In this document: positions 11,901 through 25,766 of the stretch, in pieces | Position numbering within the stretch: the stretch's first letter is position 1 | Layout of the letters: each line of letters begins with the position of its first letter | Source: Vicugna vicugna | Lineage: Eukaryota | DNA: 64,000 nt | Assembly (NCBI GenBank): GCA_013265495.1 | Contig: MU058844.1 | Location: forward strand, 2,211,520-2,275,519 | Direction: 5' to 3' | Notes under the pieces: generated by a model | What the model was told of the DNA's origin: nothing | The model's input: only the letters and a program-made list of their open reading frames with translations | The model's database searches: none | Made by a program: the position numbers and the translations under genes

Positions 11901-14900
11901 TCAAACCAGACTGCTGCATGTGATGGCCATATTGACACCACAGTCCTAGAGTTACATCACACATCTCTGTGACCCAGATGAAGGAGACTATATATTCCAA
12001 CAACTTGAACATAATATCCACAAGGGGTACTCCGATTGACTCTAATCAACAGTTTGACTCTGTGCCCATCTCTGAACCAGTTTTTGCTTTATATCCATGA
12101 CATTTAGAAGCAGGAAGAATGTCAGCCTCCCTGAACCATATCCAGTAAGTTTCTAATAGGTAAAAATTATTATATTCCTAGAAGGAATGTGGCAAGAATT
12201 ATTGGACATAAACACAAAGAAGGTGAGCAAACTCTACAGTTTCTGGTTCAGATTTCTGACGATTACGTTGCTGTTCAGAGCATTTTCCACTGGCCACTCT
12301 CATAGTCTGGCGTGGATACACTTCCTGGGTGCAGCTTTCAGTCACAGTCTAGTCGTAAGTGCTTCTGATTAGTATCACACTGTACAAAACCAGGTGTACC
12401 CAGCAATCCTGTGATCAAAGCTCTAATTCGAATAGTTTTTCCCTTAGAAGTATTTGTAGGCTTGGCAGATACCATAATTGTCATTTAACTATTGTCTCAG
12501 TTGGTTACATTATTTATAAAAACTCCAAAATTCATTATTACTCTTTTTAAATTTCCATCTGTCTGTAAATCTATGCCTTAACTCTTATTATAATGACAAA
12601 TATTATGAAATATTGATGTTTTTGTAAATATACTGGCAAATGCCATATTTGATTAAGTTTAATATTTAGGTAGACTAGAGAGGTGAGAAGAGCATTGTAA
12701 CCAACAAATTGTCTCTTACAAAGGAACTATTTGAAGCTCTAGATTGACTATGATTCATTTCATAAAATTAAACTATTCCGGAGATTATAAATCTTTAGTG
12801 AAGCCAAAGATAATGTTTATGCAAAAATGAACATTTCAACATGGAAAGGGGTAAAACAAATTTCATCCAGAATTATGTTTATATTACTATTTGTACTGAA
12901 CCTTAGTATGTGCTTAAATTCTGAATGTTCTTATAACTTAATATTTCAGTGTTCAAAGAAAACTGTGTCTAGAAAAAATGCATAGAAAAATTAAATAAGG
13001 AGAAAAAGTACCATATAAAATTGTCTGGTTTTAATATAAAATAGGATACCAACTGGGCTCAATTATGTTTCATATCTTTAAGTATTTTCAGTAAAACAAT
13101 TGGGGCATACCAATTTGAATACCAAACTGAATAAAAAGTAGTATTTCATTCAGAACACAAAATACAGAAGAGAATAAATGTTCCTTTCCTTTCTGTCTCT
13201 CAACCTAGGAAAAGGCTTAACTTTGAAATGCAAATTTTGAATTCAGTATTCAATAATTCTAAAGCTTTCTTAGTGAAATTAAAAGGAAATTCTTTTTCCT
13301 CAACTAAAAATTCCTCATGCATTCCTCACAGTAAGAGATATGATTGTACTTAACTACTCACTTATCATAAACACTTGTATAAACACATTTTTCCATAAAG
13401 TTGAAAAAAGTTCACCCTGCTTCCCAGTCCAACTCCACACGGCTGAAATATTCCACAACCCTTACCTTCTTTGAGAAACAGCAATAGAAGAATCAAACTG
13501 CCACTACAGACTTTCCACACCATGTTTTTAATTTGCTATATTCAATACAAGTCTTTTAAAACAGTATGTTGCCAAATTCATCATTTGGTTTCTCAGGTAT
13601 AATATTTGCAAAATACTCAACTAGCCTTCCACAAATGAGAAATAAAAAGTGATTCCAGGACAGACCACGTTCCTCTGTGTCCACTGGTAGGCCAGTGACC
13701 ACTGAGGAATTGGAGTCCTCCAATGTAATATTTGTGGTAAGTTGGTTTTCAGCTAAACCATGATCTTCTATTTCATGTCACTTATGACACTCTGCTTCTA
13801 ATTTTACAATTTAAGAAATACAAGCTCTTGCAACTCAAGTCATGAATGTCCATACATACAAACATTTATATTCATATTCATTTTCATACTTGAGAATAAA
13901 TATATTTAAACAAATTTTAAGAATTTGAAGTAAATTTTAATTCAAAATTTTGTAAGCCTAAGATAATTCATAAAAAGAAAACTTACATGTCTATATAATT
14001 GTGTAGTGTTTATAGCTCACCCTATACTGACTTTCTTTAGCTTTCTCTTTTTCTTAGAGTCAAGTTTCATGAAAATTTTGTCCTCACACTTTTTCTACTT
14101 TTTCATTTCTCTTTACCTCCAGTTGCTCTAATTGTCTCCTGATCCTACTAACATCACTGAAGCTGTTTTTCACCAGTGTCACCAGGGTCATCCTTGTTGC
14201 TAAATTTAATAATTAACTTAACCACTGTGGTAGTGTTACTTGCCTACCCAATATCCATCTTTCCTCTGTGCTAACAGAATAGCAATTCCCTTTTGTGTGG
14301 CAACGCCCCACCTCACACACATGCACTGCATTTCTGGACTTCCCATGTAGCAGTATTTACCCATTTGACAAATCTGCTCAATGAGATGCAAGTTAAAAGC
14401 TACAGGAGATATCTGAGTACCTTTAGATTAAAAAAAAAATCCCTTCATGAAAGATCAAATGCTCATTTTCCAGATAACTTATCCTGCATCCATGATTAGA
14501 TTAACAGTATAACAAAAAGGGGCACAGATTTTATTTTAATTAGGACTGAAAGATCAGTACAAACACTGATAGTCATGACGGGGCAGGTGGGGGGACGTCT
14601 TATACCCTGAACACCAATGTTCCAACTCTGTGTCCTGTCCTGTTGTTATAATTTGTAAAAATCTTAAACACGCAGTGATTCCAGTTTTTGTAACTTCAAT
14701 GGTATGTTAAATGGAATGAGTTTTGGTTTGAAGAATTTGTTGTATCCAAAGGCCAGAATAGTATTCAACTCTGTTGATTAAATACATAAAACAATGAATG
14801 ATTCCTTAATGCATCTAGTATTTTATTTTTTAATTCTCAAGTGACATCTGTATCATTAAACTCCCTTGCAAATATGAATATACCAACTCCTGCAAAGGCC

Positions 14901-15959
14901 AGGAGTGTCTGAAGAGATATATATATCGGCAGTAATTCGTCTCTTTTAAAATAATAATTTATTTATTTACCTATCTATTTATTTTCACAACGCAAAGCAG
15001 ATTTACTTGCATGCACAGCAGTGAGGATTAAGACATAAAAAGGAAAGCAGTCTTCAGGCAAATGGAGAAGATGATGACTTTTAAGGAGCTGACGTTGGAG
15101 CCCACTGCAACAGGTAGACCTGCTACACTCCCTTCCGAAGTTAACTCTCCTCACCTAATGCCCCAGCAGGCTTTTGAACAGGTCTTCCTGCTGGACCTGC
15201 TTTTCTGTTTCCTTCTGATTGGAAATGTGGTATTCCAGACAGTCTATACTCTTCAGTGTTATCCAGGAACTCTCATGAACTCTAAGAGTACCTACTCTAA
15301 CAGCTTCACTGTTCTTAGAAGCCAAGGTAACTCAGGTCCTACAGGACCCTGCTTAACATGCTATCCAACTACAGTGCGGACTTTAGGGCTTGCATGTACT
15401 TCCTCAGTTCTCTGCCGGGCCTCTTAATAATGACCAGAAAGTAGACACTACCTTCCTGTTTTCTTAGCTATCTTGGGAACTGCTTTGCATGTTCCCTCTC
15501 CACTTCAGCCTGCTCCTTGGACAATGTGGCAAAGCAGGTGTTTTCATCTCTGCATCGTAATAGCAGGCCATGGATAAATAAGCATCACTGATGTGCATAA
15601 GACATTACTTGGTAAATGGCATCCTTACACTCTTCAGGCAGAGGCCCTGGACCTGAGATATAGGTGCTTTTTTATTGTGATAATAGCTAGCTCTTGCCAG
15701 TATGTTGTTCAAATCTCTTATGATCATACTAATATTTGTCTTTTTTTCTGTCGATTTAATTCACAAAAATGCATTTGGGCATTGCAATTATCAATGTGTC
15801 AAAGTGTTATCTGTCTATAGATTCTATGCTGATGCAACTGTATTTCAACATTTTATTATGGAATCTTCAGATATACTGGAGAGTTGAAATAATTTTACAT
15901 TGGACACTCATAGACTCACTACGACGGTTCTATAGTTAACATTCTAATCTACTTGTATT

Positions 15960-16770
15960 TATGACATATTTATCATAAATAAATTCTTCTAGCCATTCTC
16001 ATCCATTTATTTTTTGACACTTCTCAAAATAAATTTCAGACATCAGTATACTTTCTAAATACTTCATTATCTAGAGTTCAATATTTGTTTAGATATCTCC
16101 ACTATAAAATATTCATACAATGACGTTTAAAACCTTTAGTGTACCTTTACTGAGTTTTAACAAATACATACACCTGTAACAAATTCTGACCAAGATATAG
16201 AACATCAACATTAGTCCAGAAAGTCAGCTCTTGACTTCACCCTCATACAAGCACCCATTGCTCTTTTTTTTCCATTATAGATTCATTTGCCTGTTCTCAA
16301 ATTTGATATTAAAGGAATCAGAGTATATATCCCTTGTATAAAGCTTCTCTCACTTAGAATAATGTTTCTGAGATTCCTTTATATTGTGGATGTATCGATA
16401 ATCCATCCCTTTTAATTACTATGTAGTACTCCTTTCTTTTTAATCTATTTTGATAACATTTGCCTTTGCTCTTATTTGTTTAGGTTACTAACATTTAATG
16501 GAATTATTGACGTTGGTCTATTACTTTACTATTTGTTTTTTGTTTATACTCTGTTTTTTGATCCTTTATCCCCGTTTTCTTCTTTTTTTTGACTATTTGG
16601 GTGTGTTTTAGAACTAAAAAACTTAGAATTTTTATTTTAACATATATTTACTTTTAAGTTGTATACATTGTTTTTGTTATATTTTTAGAAATTACTCTAG
16701 AATAAGAATATGCATCCTAGTATTTTCTTAGTCTATTTAGATTTGTATTATACTGGTTTCATTTAGATAA
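15960..16770 (-). mobile_element. Ancient L1M 3' region fragments
   Basis: AAGATATAGAACATC...TTGCCTGTTCTCAAATTTGAT..AAAGGAATCA...CTTCTCTCACTTAGAATAATGTTTCTGAGATTC resembles a reverse L1M 3' UTR. Confidence 0.7.
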
Positions 16771-18799
16771 CTCATGCTTTGAATAAAATGATTTTTTACT
16801 AACGTAATTATTTGTAGGAGGTTTTCCTGAAGAATGGGCCAGTATTTTATCCCAGGCTGGTGAGAAATGTTTTAATGCTCTAGGTGGTGTGTGTAAGAAG
16901 TTTATTAGCTTCTGCTGATTCAAAAATATTGAGGTTAGTAACTGGCAGGCAGCTCATAAAGACGTGAAGTGCCCTCTTCCCTCCTTGGACAGACCTGCCA
17001 TGTAGGTCGTCTGTGTGATTTTCCACGTGTCCTTCTCCATCTTCTTTCCCACAAAACAGAGCCAGTTCCAAGGAATCTCCCCGCCCCACAGAAACCCAGG
17101 CTTCTGTTGCCACTTTCACAAACAAGAACTGTTGCTTCTGAATCTTGGGACTGCACCAACTACTTAAGGACAAGCAGTGTTTATGGCTCTCTAATTGAGC
17201 TCTGCAACCACAAGGATCCTCTCTCCGTTCCCCTGCTGGTCTTCACAGTTTGGACGATCCTCTCTCCTATTTAAAGGGTTGCTAGCTGATACATCTGTGA
17301 TTTTATTCTTTTATTTGTATTTATTTTCTAGTGGACTTTATGTTCCTATTTCTTATCCTCCTTGTTGCCTCCGGATTATTGCCAAGAAAAAGAGGCAGGC
17401 AATGATTATACTCGGCTGTATTAAAATAAAAATTTCACCCTTCCAGGAACTTTCTTTCCTTTTTTAACCTGTTTTATTTTCTTCATAACACATATCATTA
17501 TTTAAAATTTATGGATATATTTTCTTTTTATTTGTCTGTCATTGCCACTTGAAAGTAGACAACAAAAGGAGCTGTTTTGACTGCTCAATTATTTCTGCAT
17601 TTTCAGTGCATTGAACAACTCCTGACATTATAATTGATATATAATTGTTGAAGCAGTAAGAGTCCAGGAAATAAGTGTTTAAAACCTATACTTTCACCTA
17701 CAGAAAACTAATCTTTCCTAAAAGCATGATACACAAGTGATTGTATGAGATACACATTTTAGCAGTTTACATAGGCCATTTTCAAATATATATTTTAATA
17801 TGATGCACAGACAGCAATACCAAAAACATGATTTCACAGAAATCATGAGATAGTAGGGGCTACACTTTTAAAAAATGAAGTTGCATTTGATTTAATAAAA
17901 ATATTATGTTTTCTATTTAAAACTTAATGGGTTTATATGGCCATGATAAAACTCGTTAAAGTGGTCTAGGAATAATGTATGTCTGGAAAATACCATATTG
18001 ATCCATATATTTAAGCATAATATTACCAGGCATACCAGCCTGGAGGACTAGGAAACTGGTGACATTTTCTTAATCATTCAAACTGCAATGACTTCAATCT
18101 CCTACCTGCCCAGACAGCCTTTTCCCACGTCTTCTCTCACCATAACCCACTGATGAGCCCCTGCCCTGCTGTCTTTTACTTGCCGGCCCCAGGAGAACAG
18201 GAACTCACATGGGCTTTTGAGGCAGCTTCACACTATTGACCCAAAAGGGACATGCAGAAGGACACAGCAGGTGTTATGTTTGTTTTCACTGGGTTTAGTT
18301 TTTTTTTTAAAGGGAGTGGCAGGCTTGAGAAGGGTAGGGAGAAATAAGTTGAATTTTGAATTTGTTTCTACTTTTCTTTCTTGCTTTCCTTTCCAGCATA
18401 GATTCTGTCTCCTGATGAGACCTGTTCTCAGATGTCTCTGCTAAGGAAAGTCATTAGAGGCATCTCCCATAGCTTCTTCCACACCTCCTTTCTTCCTCCC
18501 AAAGGATAAGTTACTTATCTGGACATTTATCGTCATTTTGGGATAATGGAATAGACTGCTCAAAATGTTTACCAAAGAGCTCTGCTTTAAGGTGTCAGGA
18601 AGAAAATCAATTAAGAAAAAAGTTTCACTTAATTTCTTATTTCTCAACATTCCCTGTATGTGGAGCTCCCTCAAAAAATCCACAAGGAAGAGGAATAGTG
18701 GTCAGGACAGAATGTCAGCATTCCTTGGATATCTCATTAAATAACTCAGACAGCAGTGTTAATTATAATAAAATTCATCAAAAGTTATATAATAATAAC

Positions 18800-19055
18800 A
18801 ATAGCAACCAATGTAAACAAAAATTACTATTTATAAATGCTTCTTGGGCTTTGGAAATTGTTCTAAATACGTTTAACATGCAATATGTCTTTTAAATATA
18901 CCATCTTCATGTTAACCCTATAAGGGTACAGTTTTGCCTGTTTTACAGAATAATCATCTAAGGTAAAAAGAGATTAAGTGAGTTTTTCAAGGTTACCTAG
19001 CCAGTAAACATTGACCTCAGGGGCCAACTAACACCAGAGCCAAGGTTCTTCACTC
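18800..19055 (-). mobile_element. MIR SINE
   Basis: CTGTTTTACAGA...GAGATTAAGTGAGTTTTTCAAGGTTACCTAGCCAGTAA resembles a reverse MIR core. Confidence 0.65.
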
Positions 19056-19096
19056 TTGTTAGGAATAAAATGCTCTGAAATCTTTAAATAAGGTAG

Positions 19097-19556
19097 TGTG
19101 ATAGTTAATTTTATATGTCAACTTGGCTAGGCTAATGTGCCCCATTGTTTGGTCAAATGCTAGTCTAGATGTTTCTGTGAAGGTGTTTTGTAGAACTGAT
19201 TAAGCTCTAAAGTCAGTTGACTTTAAGTCAAAGAGATTATGTGGGTGGGGCTCACCAATCAGTTGAAGGCCTATAGAAGGAAAAAAAACTCAGGTTTTGA
19301 AGGGAGGAGGAAATTTGGCCTCAAGACTGTAATAATAGAAACTTTGCTTCAGTATTCAGTTTGCATTCTACCTTGCAAATTTCAGATTCAAGGCTACAGC
19401 AATTACTGCCTGGATTTCCAGCTTGCTGGCCTGCCCTAGGAATTTCAGGCTTGTCATCCCCCACAATTATTTCAGCTAATTCCTTAAAATGGATCTCTAC
19501 GGAATTACACATATATTCTATTGGCTCTGTTTCTCTGAAGAATCCTGACTGATGTA
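19097..19556 (+). mobile_element. ERVL LTR (MLT2-like)
   Basis: Starts TGTGATAGTTAATTTTATATGTCAACTTGGCTAGGC and ends CTATTGGCTCTGTTTCTCTGAAGAATCCTGACTGATGTA, typical MLT2 termini. Confidence 0.88.
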
Positions 19557-20097
19557 GAGGACATTCACACCTACTCTAACTTGTATCATGTGCATCACTG
19601 ACATGTAAGGAACGGTATGGGTCAAAAACCTGCTTAAATTAAACTATCACAGAACCCATAAATGCCATCTTCTTTTATTACATGCTGACTCGGGCTGGCC
19701 CTTATAAATCAAAGGAATTTTTTCATGCATACTTTCAGAGATCCTACGCTCTGCTTTGAAACTATGCATGCCTTTAAGATTTCAGGCAACTTCAAGGATA
19801 TCTCCTTAGATTTCAAAGGGTAAATAAACCTTTCCTGGCCCATTCGCACTGCCCACAGCCTCCACACACTTGCTCCCAAATTCTTCTCGACTGAGGCAGA
19901 TTCAGTTGCTTTCAATGAAAGCTCATTTGAGTTCCCTAGAAGAAGTATTTACCTATTGTACATTTTATTTTCCTAGAAGATCTTTAAATTGCTGGCCATT
20001 TTAGAGATTCTGAGGTTCCATGAGGGGTCTGTGCAATGATTTGTTGAATTTGAAAAGATTCACTATTACCTTTTTCCTGCTCAAGTTCCAAATTAAT

Positions 20098-20290
20098 TAG
20101 GGTTGACCATAAAATACAAGACATTCAGTTAATTTAAATTTCAGGTAAATAATGAATAATTTTTTCATTAAAAATATCCCAGATATTGCATGAGACAGGC
20201 TTACACCTTTAAAAAAATGCTACTTACTTGAAATTCAAATTTCACCATGTTTCCTGTATTTCATTTCCCAAATCTGGTAACATTCACTAA
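20098..20290. mobile_element. MER53-like palindromic hAT MITE
   Basis: TAGGGTTG..ATAAAATACAAGACA..CAGTTAATTTAAATTTCAG ... TGAAATTCAAATTT...CCTGTATTT...AAATCTGGTAAC; the two halves are reverse-complementary. Confidence 0.8.
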
Positions 20291-21164
20291 TAATTGAGAG
20301 ATATAATTGCAGAGTAACCCAAACAGAGGAGTCAAACATCACATTTGCTATTGATATAATAATCAGTAATATTGCCAAAATAATTAATAATTGCCAGAGT
20401 TTTGACTTTTATGTTTATAAGAATACTATAATAAATTATAATCATAAAAACTGATTAAAAAGCTTTGGCTTTTCCAGGTGGCATAGTTCAATAGACATTT
20501 TACCCGAAACTGGTGGGGGCTGATGACAGATGACACTTTTTTTAACTTAAGAAATAATTATTTTGAAAAATGAAAATTGTATTAAAAAAGAAAAAATGGT
20601 GTTATCTGTAATTTTAACAGATCTAAATACCTAAACGATGTATTTCCCTCTAGTTTTGCGTTTGTGTGTGCATGTGTGTGTGCATGAACATTTACACAGA
20701 ATGTGATATAGATGTGCACGGACAGAGTGAAGAATTGGTATCATTGTCTCTCTGCTGCCTTCTGTCAATCTCTCCAGTTCTGAAGTTCGTCATGTTTATT
20801 AATTTTTATTCTCTAAGACCTATGGGTGACTGGCATATCAGGACTGAATAAAGACTTCACGAATAAAGGAGGGGCTCTTCTGAAATGCTGGGTAAGAGAA
20901 AAGTCAGGAAAATCCAACAATAATCACCTACTGAGTGGCGTGTCATACAACCAGTGCTCAGTAAGTGGCGCCAGCACAAGGGCTGACAGAAGAGGTACTG
21001 AACAGTCACCAGTACCAAGTACTGTTTCCAAAATAGACACTTTGACCGTGTGAGGAAACAGTGACCCTGCTGGCCTTCCTGCATTTTACTTGCAGCTGAT
21101 GTATTTCTACATTAATTTGACTCAATAAAACTGAATAACCTGAAGAGCCATACAATATCAATTT

Positions 21165-21700
21165 TGAAATTATATTTTCTACATTTAACAAACGTTGATT
21201 GGAGCCCTCCTTTGTTCCAGAGACAAAGCTAAACAGTGCACATCCAAAGGTGAGAGAATAAAGCATGATTGTTGTCCCCATGGAATTTCAGTTTTGTGGA
21301 AATTAAATGTGATAATACATCAACACAAAATATTCAATAACAAGTATGGAAAAATAAAGCAGGATGCTACGGAGAAGGAGAAGAAGAAGAGGTACTTTTT
21401 GGAGGTATCAGGAATGCTTCTCCCAGACACAAATGATTGGTGGTGGGAGGAGAGTGCAAAGAAGACAAAAGGAACGACAGAGGTGAAGCACCTGAAACAG
21501 GAAAGCACATGGTGGGTGTACTTGGGGCACTGAATACTAATGTTGCTGAATCCTTGGCATGAAAGGAACATGGCTGGAAAGACATTAGGCCATATCATAT
21601 TTGATGGCAAAACATATTTCAGCCACATCAATGATTTTTTATTTAATTCTAAGCACAAGAAAGAGCCATTGCTTCACTGTAGACATCAACCATGTTATCA
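21165..21700 (-). mobile_element. L2 LINE 3' fragment
   Basis: CATTTAACAAACGTTGATTGGAGCCCTCCTTTGTTCCAG followed by purine-rich reverse-L2 sequence. Confidence 0.6.
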
Positions 21701-22839
21701 GAGAATTTCAAAAATTACTATAGTGTAAAATGATGCACGACAACTTAAAGAAACTCAGACCAATGCATTAAGTACAAATATAAATTTTATAGTCCTTTAA
21801 ATGAAAAGTTCCCTAGCTGTCATAAACAAACTGTCCATATTTTCTCTTCTAGAGAAAAGCATTTATAATTTTTTGAGGCATTTACTTGGTATTTAAATTG
21901 TAATAAAGAAGATTAAATAGAATTAAATCGTTAATTTTCTTTTTGTTAATGATCTTGGCAATTAAATAGTAAAAAAAAAAAAGTCTAAAAAATGATTATA
22001 ACCAAGGAAGCTATGAGACAAGGAGAGAAAAAGTAGCAACTAATAGACGCTGTATCAAATGCTACCTGAAGCGGCAAACACTGGGGTAAAATTAATGTTT
22101 GAGGCACAGAAAGGGTGAAAGCTGGATGACATTTTGGGATCAGAACCAAGCTTGGAGCAAAAAGCCTATTCACCTACACCCGCCATGAAGGCCAAGATGA
22201 AAAATATATCATCTTGTAAACAACTCCATGAATTAACTTATTCACTCCAGAACAAGTGAGTTAACAGAGTTAGACAACGTAAAGTAACCCCCAGCCAAGA
22301 GAAGACTAGATACTAATTGTAACAGAGCCAAGAAACATAAGAGTTAGAAAACTTGGTGGCGAAGTGTTAAAACTGCTGGCATTTATATGTATGTGTAGAC
22401 CTTAAAGGTTAGAAGTCAGAAAATATTCTCTATTAAGAACATAAATGTGCTGTGTAATACAGTTTCCTGCTCTGATAAAAGTCTCTTTTGATTTCAAATG
22501 TTTTCCTTTAGCAAATATTTGCTAAAGGACACAAAATTTCTCAAATAGGCATATAATGTACACAGTGTGTGGGTTATCCCTGAAGATTAATGTAGAAGCC
22601 CATCCATAACTAAAGTAGCAACAGTGGGACGGGTAGTACCCATAATAATATTTACCTCATTTTAACGTGGTCGATCTTTAATCTGGCACGATACTGTATA
22701 TTTAGTCTAAGTTCTTTCTACATCAGTAGAATTCCGTAAAGACATACACTCCAAGTACAGTGCATGAGATATAACAGGTACATAAAAATAAGGCAAATTT
22801 GTGAGTAAATTGATATATTAATTTTCGTTGGTGTGAAAA

Positions 22840-25080
22840 CAAAAAGACTGAATATTATTTTTAGAACAGTTCTGGATTTACAGAAAAATTGAGCATATGG
22901 TACAGAGATTTTCATGTTACTTTCTCCCACCCCCTGTACACATTTCCTCTATTATTATTATCTTGTATTAGTGTGGAACATTTATTATAATAAATGAACC
23001 AATATTGATACATTATTATTAACTAAAGTCCATCATGTACTTCAAGGTTCACCATTTGTACTATACAGTGCTATATAGGTTTTGGCAAATGCAGTGTCAT
23101 CTATCTACCTTTACAGTATCATACAAATTAGTTTCCCTGCCCTAAAAATCCCCTCTGCTTCACCTCTTAACCCCTACCCACTCCCTCTACTCCCCTGGCA
23201 ACCACTGATCTTTTTACTGTCTCTACAGTTTTCTCTTTTCCAGAATGTCATACAGTTGGAATCATACAATATGTACACTTTTAAGATTGGCTGCTTTCAT
23301 TTAGCAATGTGTATTCAAATTTCTTCCATGTCTATTTATGGTTTGATAGCTCACTTTTTAAAATCATTTTAATACTGCTCCATTATATGAATGCATTCAC
23401 TGTTTATACATTCACCTTTGAAGGATATCTTCATTGCTCCCAGTTTTTGGTGATTACAAAGAAAACTGCTGTAAACAGAGTATCCTCAACTCCTCTCCCT
23501 CTCTTATAGCATACTGTCATTTATTTTGCTTGTCCGTATGCTATAATCACCTAAAACATTTTTGCCATGATTACTTAAACAAATCATTATCTATTAAATA
23601 AATAAAGAATAAGAGAAATAAAATATTTTATATTATGGTCATTTCCTTCTCTTATGCCCTTCCTTTCTTTAGGTAGATCCAAGTTTCTGACCTATATTAC
23701 TCTTCTCTTGTTTAGCAGTTTTCTTTTTTAACATTTTTTGCAGGGCAGATCTACTGGCAACAGTAGATTTTATGTCTGCTTAAAAAAGTCTTTATTTCTC
23801 CTTCACTTCTGAAAGATATATTAAACAAATACATAATTCTAGGATTTGGGGTTTTTTCCCCTCCAACACTTCAAATATTTCACTCCATTCTCTCCTTGTT
23901 TGCATGGTTTCTGACTAAAAGTTCAATGTAATTCTTATTCTTATTCCTTTAAAAATAAGTTTCCTCTACTGTGTAAGAATTTTTTCATGGTTTTCTCTTT
24001 GTCTTTGGTTTTATGCTGTTCGCATATGCCTAGGTGTTGATTTTGCTAATGTTTTTCCAATTTCCTGAATCTGTAGTTTGGTGTCTACAAATAATTTTGG
24101 AAAATTCTATTAGTACTTCAAATATCTCTTCTATTCCTTTCTGTCCTTCTCCTTCTCATGTTTTTATTTACATATGTTACATCTTTTGCAATTATCCCAC
24201 ATTTCTTGTATTTCATTTCTTTATTTTTTTTTTAACTCTGCATTGCACTTTTGAGTTTCTCTTGGCATATCTCCAGGATCACTGACTCTTTGCCATATTT
24301 ACTCTACTAATGAGCCCATCAAAAGCATTCTTCATTTCTGTGACAGTGCCCATAATTTCTAGAATTTCCTTCTGATTCTTTCTTGGAATTTCTATCTCTT
24401 TGCTTACATTACCTATCTCTTCTTGCAAGTTGTCTACTTTTTCCAGCAGAGTCTTTAACATATTAATCATAATTGTTTAAATTTCCTATCTGATAATTTC
24501 AAAATTTATGTCATATCTGAGTCATGTTTGGGTACTTGTTTTGCTTTGTCTCTTCAGACTTTTTTTTTTAAATCTTTTAGCATGCCTTGTAATTTTTTGT
24601 TGAAAGCTGGGCATGATGTATTGAGTAATAGGCACTGAGGTAGTTAAGCTTTTAGCGTGAGGTTTTATGTTAATCTGGCTCAGAGCTGGGTTGTGTTAAT
24701 GTTTACCAAAACTGTAGGTGCCAGAAGCCTCAATTTTCTCTAGTTTCCTTGTCAGGCATTTTCCTTCCTGTTGCCTTTGGGTTTCCCTAAGAATTCTTCT
24801 TAAATAAAGTCTGTGACTCTCACTTGTAATCTGTTGCTTTTATAATGAAGTCCTGTCGATGTGGTGGTAAAGTGTTGGGAAGAGTAAGCATTATATATTC
24901 TTATAATTAAACCTCAGATTATTAGACCTTAGCCCCTGGGATGAGATCTTCAGAACATTCCTTAGCTCTTTTCTCATTCTGTATTAGAGACGACAAGGCT
25001 AGCATGGCCTGGGGTTGGCTGATTGCCTTTTTCTCAAGTCAGATAGAGCAGCTTCCCATGGAGGGAGGCCATTATTAATT
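22840..25080 (-). mobile_element. L1MC-like element: 3' end joined to ORF1/5' region
   Basis: 3' end motif AGAACAGTTCTGGATTTACAGAAAAATTGAGC. ORF 24279-24470(-), LLEKVDNLQEEIGNVSKEIEIPRKNQKEILEI..TEMKNAFDGLISR, resembles the L1 ORF1p coiled coil. Confidence 0.85.
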
Positions 25081-25299
25081 ATCCTTTGGGTATATTTTAA
25101 AATATTTACTAAAAACTGTAGAAGAGTGGTAGAGTTAAGAAAGTACATTTAAAAAAAGAGTGAAATAATAAAGAATTGACTAAGGTGAAAAATGCTGCTG
25201 ATGGAAAAAAACAAGATGAGTTTCAACACAACATAATTATTATTCCAGAAAAGTGATTACAATAAATTAAACAAAAATAAAAATTCAAAAATGCTAGAA

Positions 25300-25670
25300 G
25301 AGATTTTTCCTGAAGTTAAGAATACAATTAACATCAAAGTGAAGAACGCACCTTCTTTTTCTGGAAAGATTGATACAAACCCATAAAGGCCAAGCCATCC
25401 TTTGGTGACGTGACCAAAGGTTCAGTCTAGAAAACATCATATGAGCCTCCAGAGAGAAAGAGTAAGTGACCTAAACAGTGGAAAATAATTAGGCTGGCTT
25501 CAGACTTTTTCCACTGCAACCTTTAGCGCCAAAAGACAATGAAGCAATGTCTCAATGTTCTAAGAAAAATATGACCTAAGAATATCCTACCAAACAATTT
25601 ATCCTTAGAGTAAAAAGTTCACAGACATTTTCAAACATGCAAGGACTCAGGGAACACAGCACACATGAGA
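25300..25670 (+). mobile_element. Ancient L1 ORF1 C-terminal fragment
   Basis: ATTAGGCTGGCTTCAGACTTTTCCACTGCAACCTTTAGCGCCAAAAGACAATGA translates as IRLASDFSTATFSAKRQ*, the ORF1p IRL.SDFS..T..ARRQW motif. Confidence 0.75.
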
Positions 25671-25733
25671 TAAAAATGAATATAGTTAAAAAAAGAATTG
25701 TACCAAATTGTATATCCCAAAATGAGGCAGATG

Positions 25734-25766
<33 letters not shown>

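Noticed and set aside
15062..15427. 121-aa ATG-initiated ORF
   Set aside because: No recognisable homology or splice context; the length is compatible with chance in 64 kb.
24279..24470. Coiled-coil-like 63-aa ORF
   Set aside because: It is a remnant of L1 ORF1p within a degraded L1, not a host gene.
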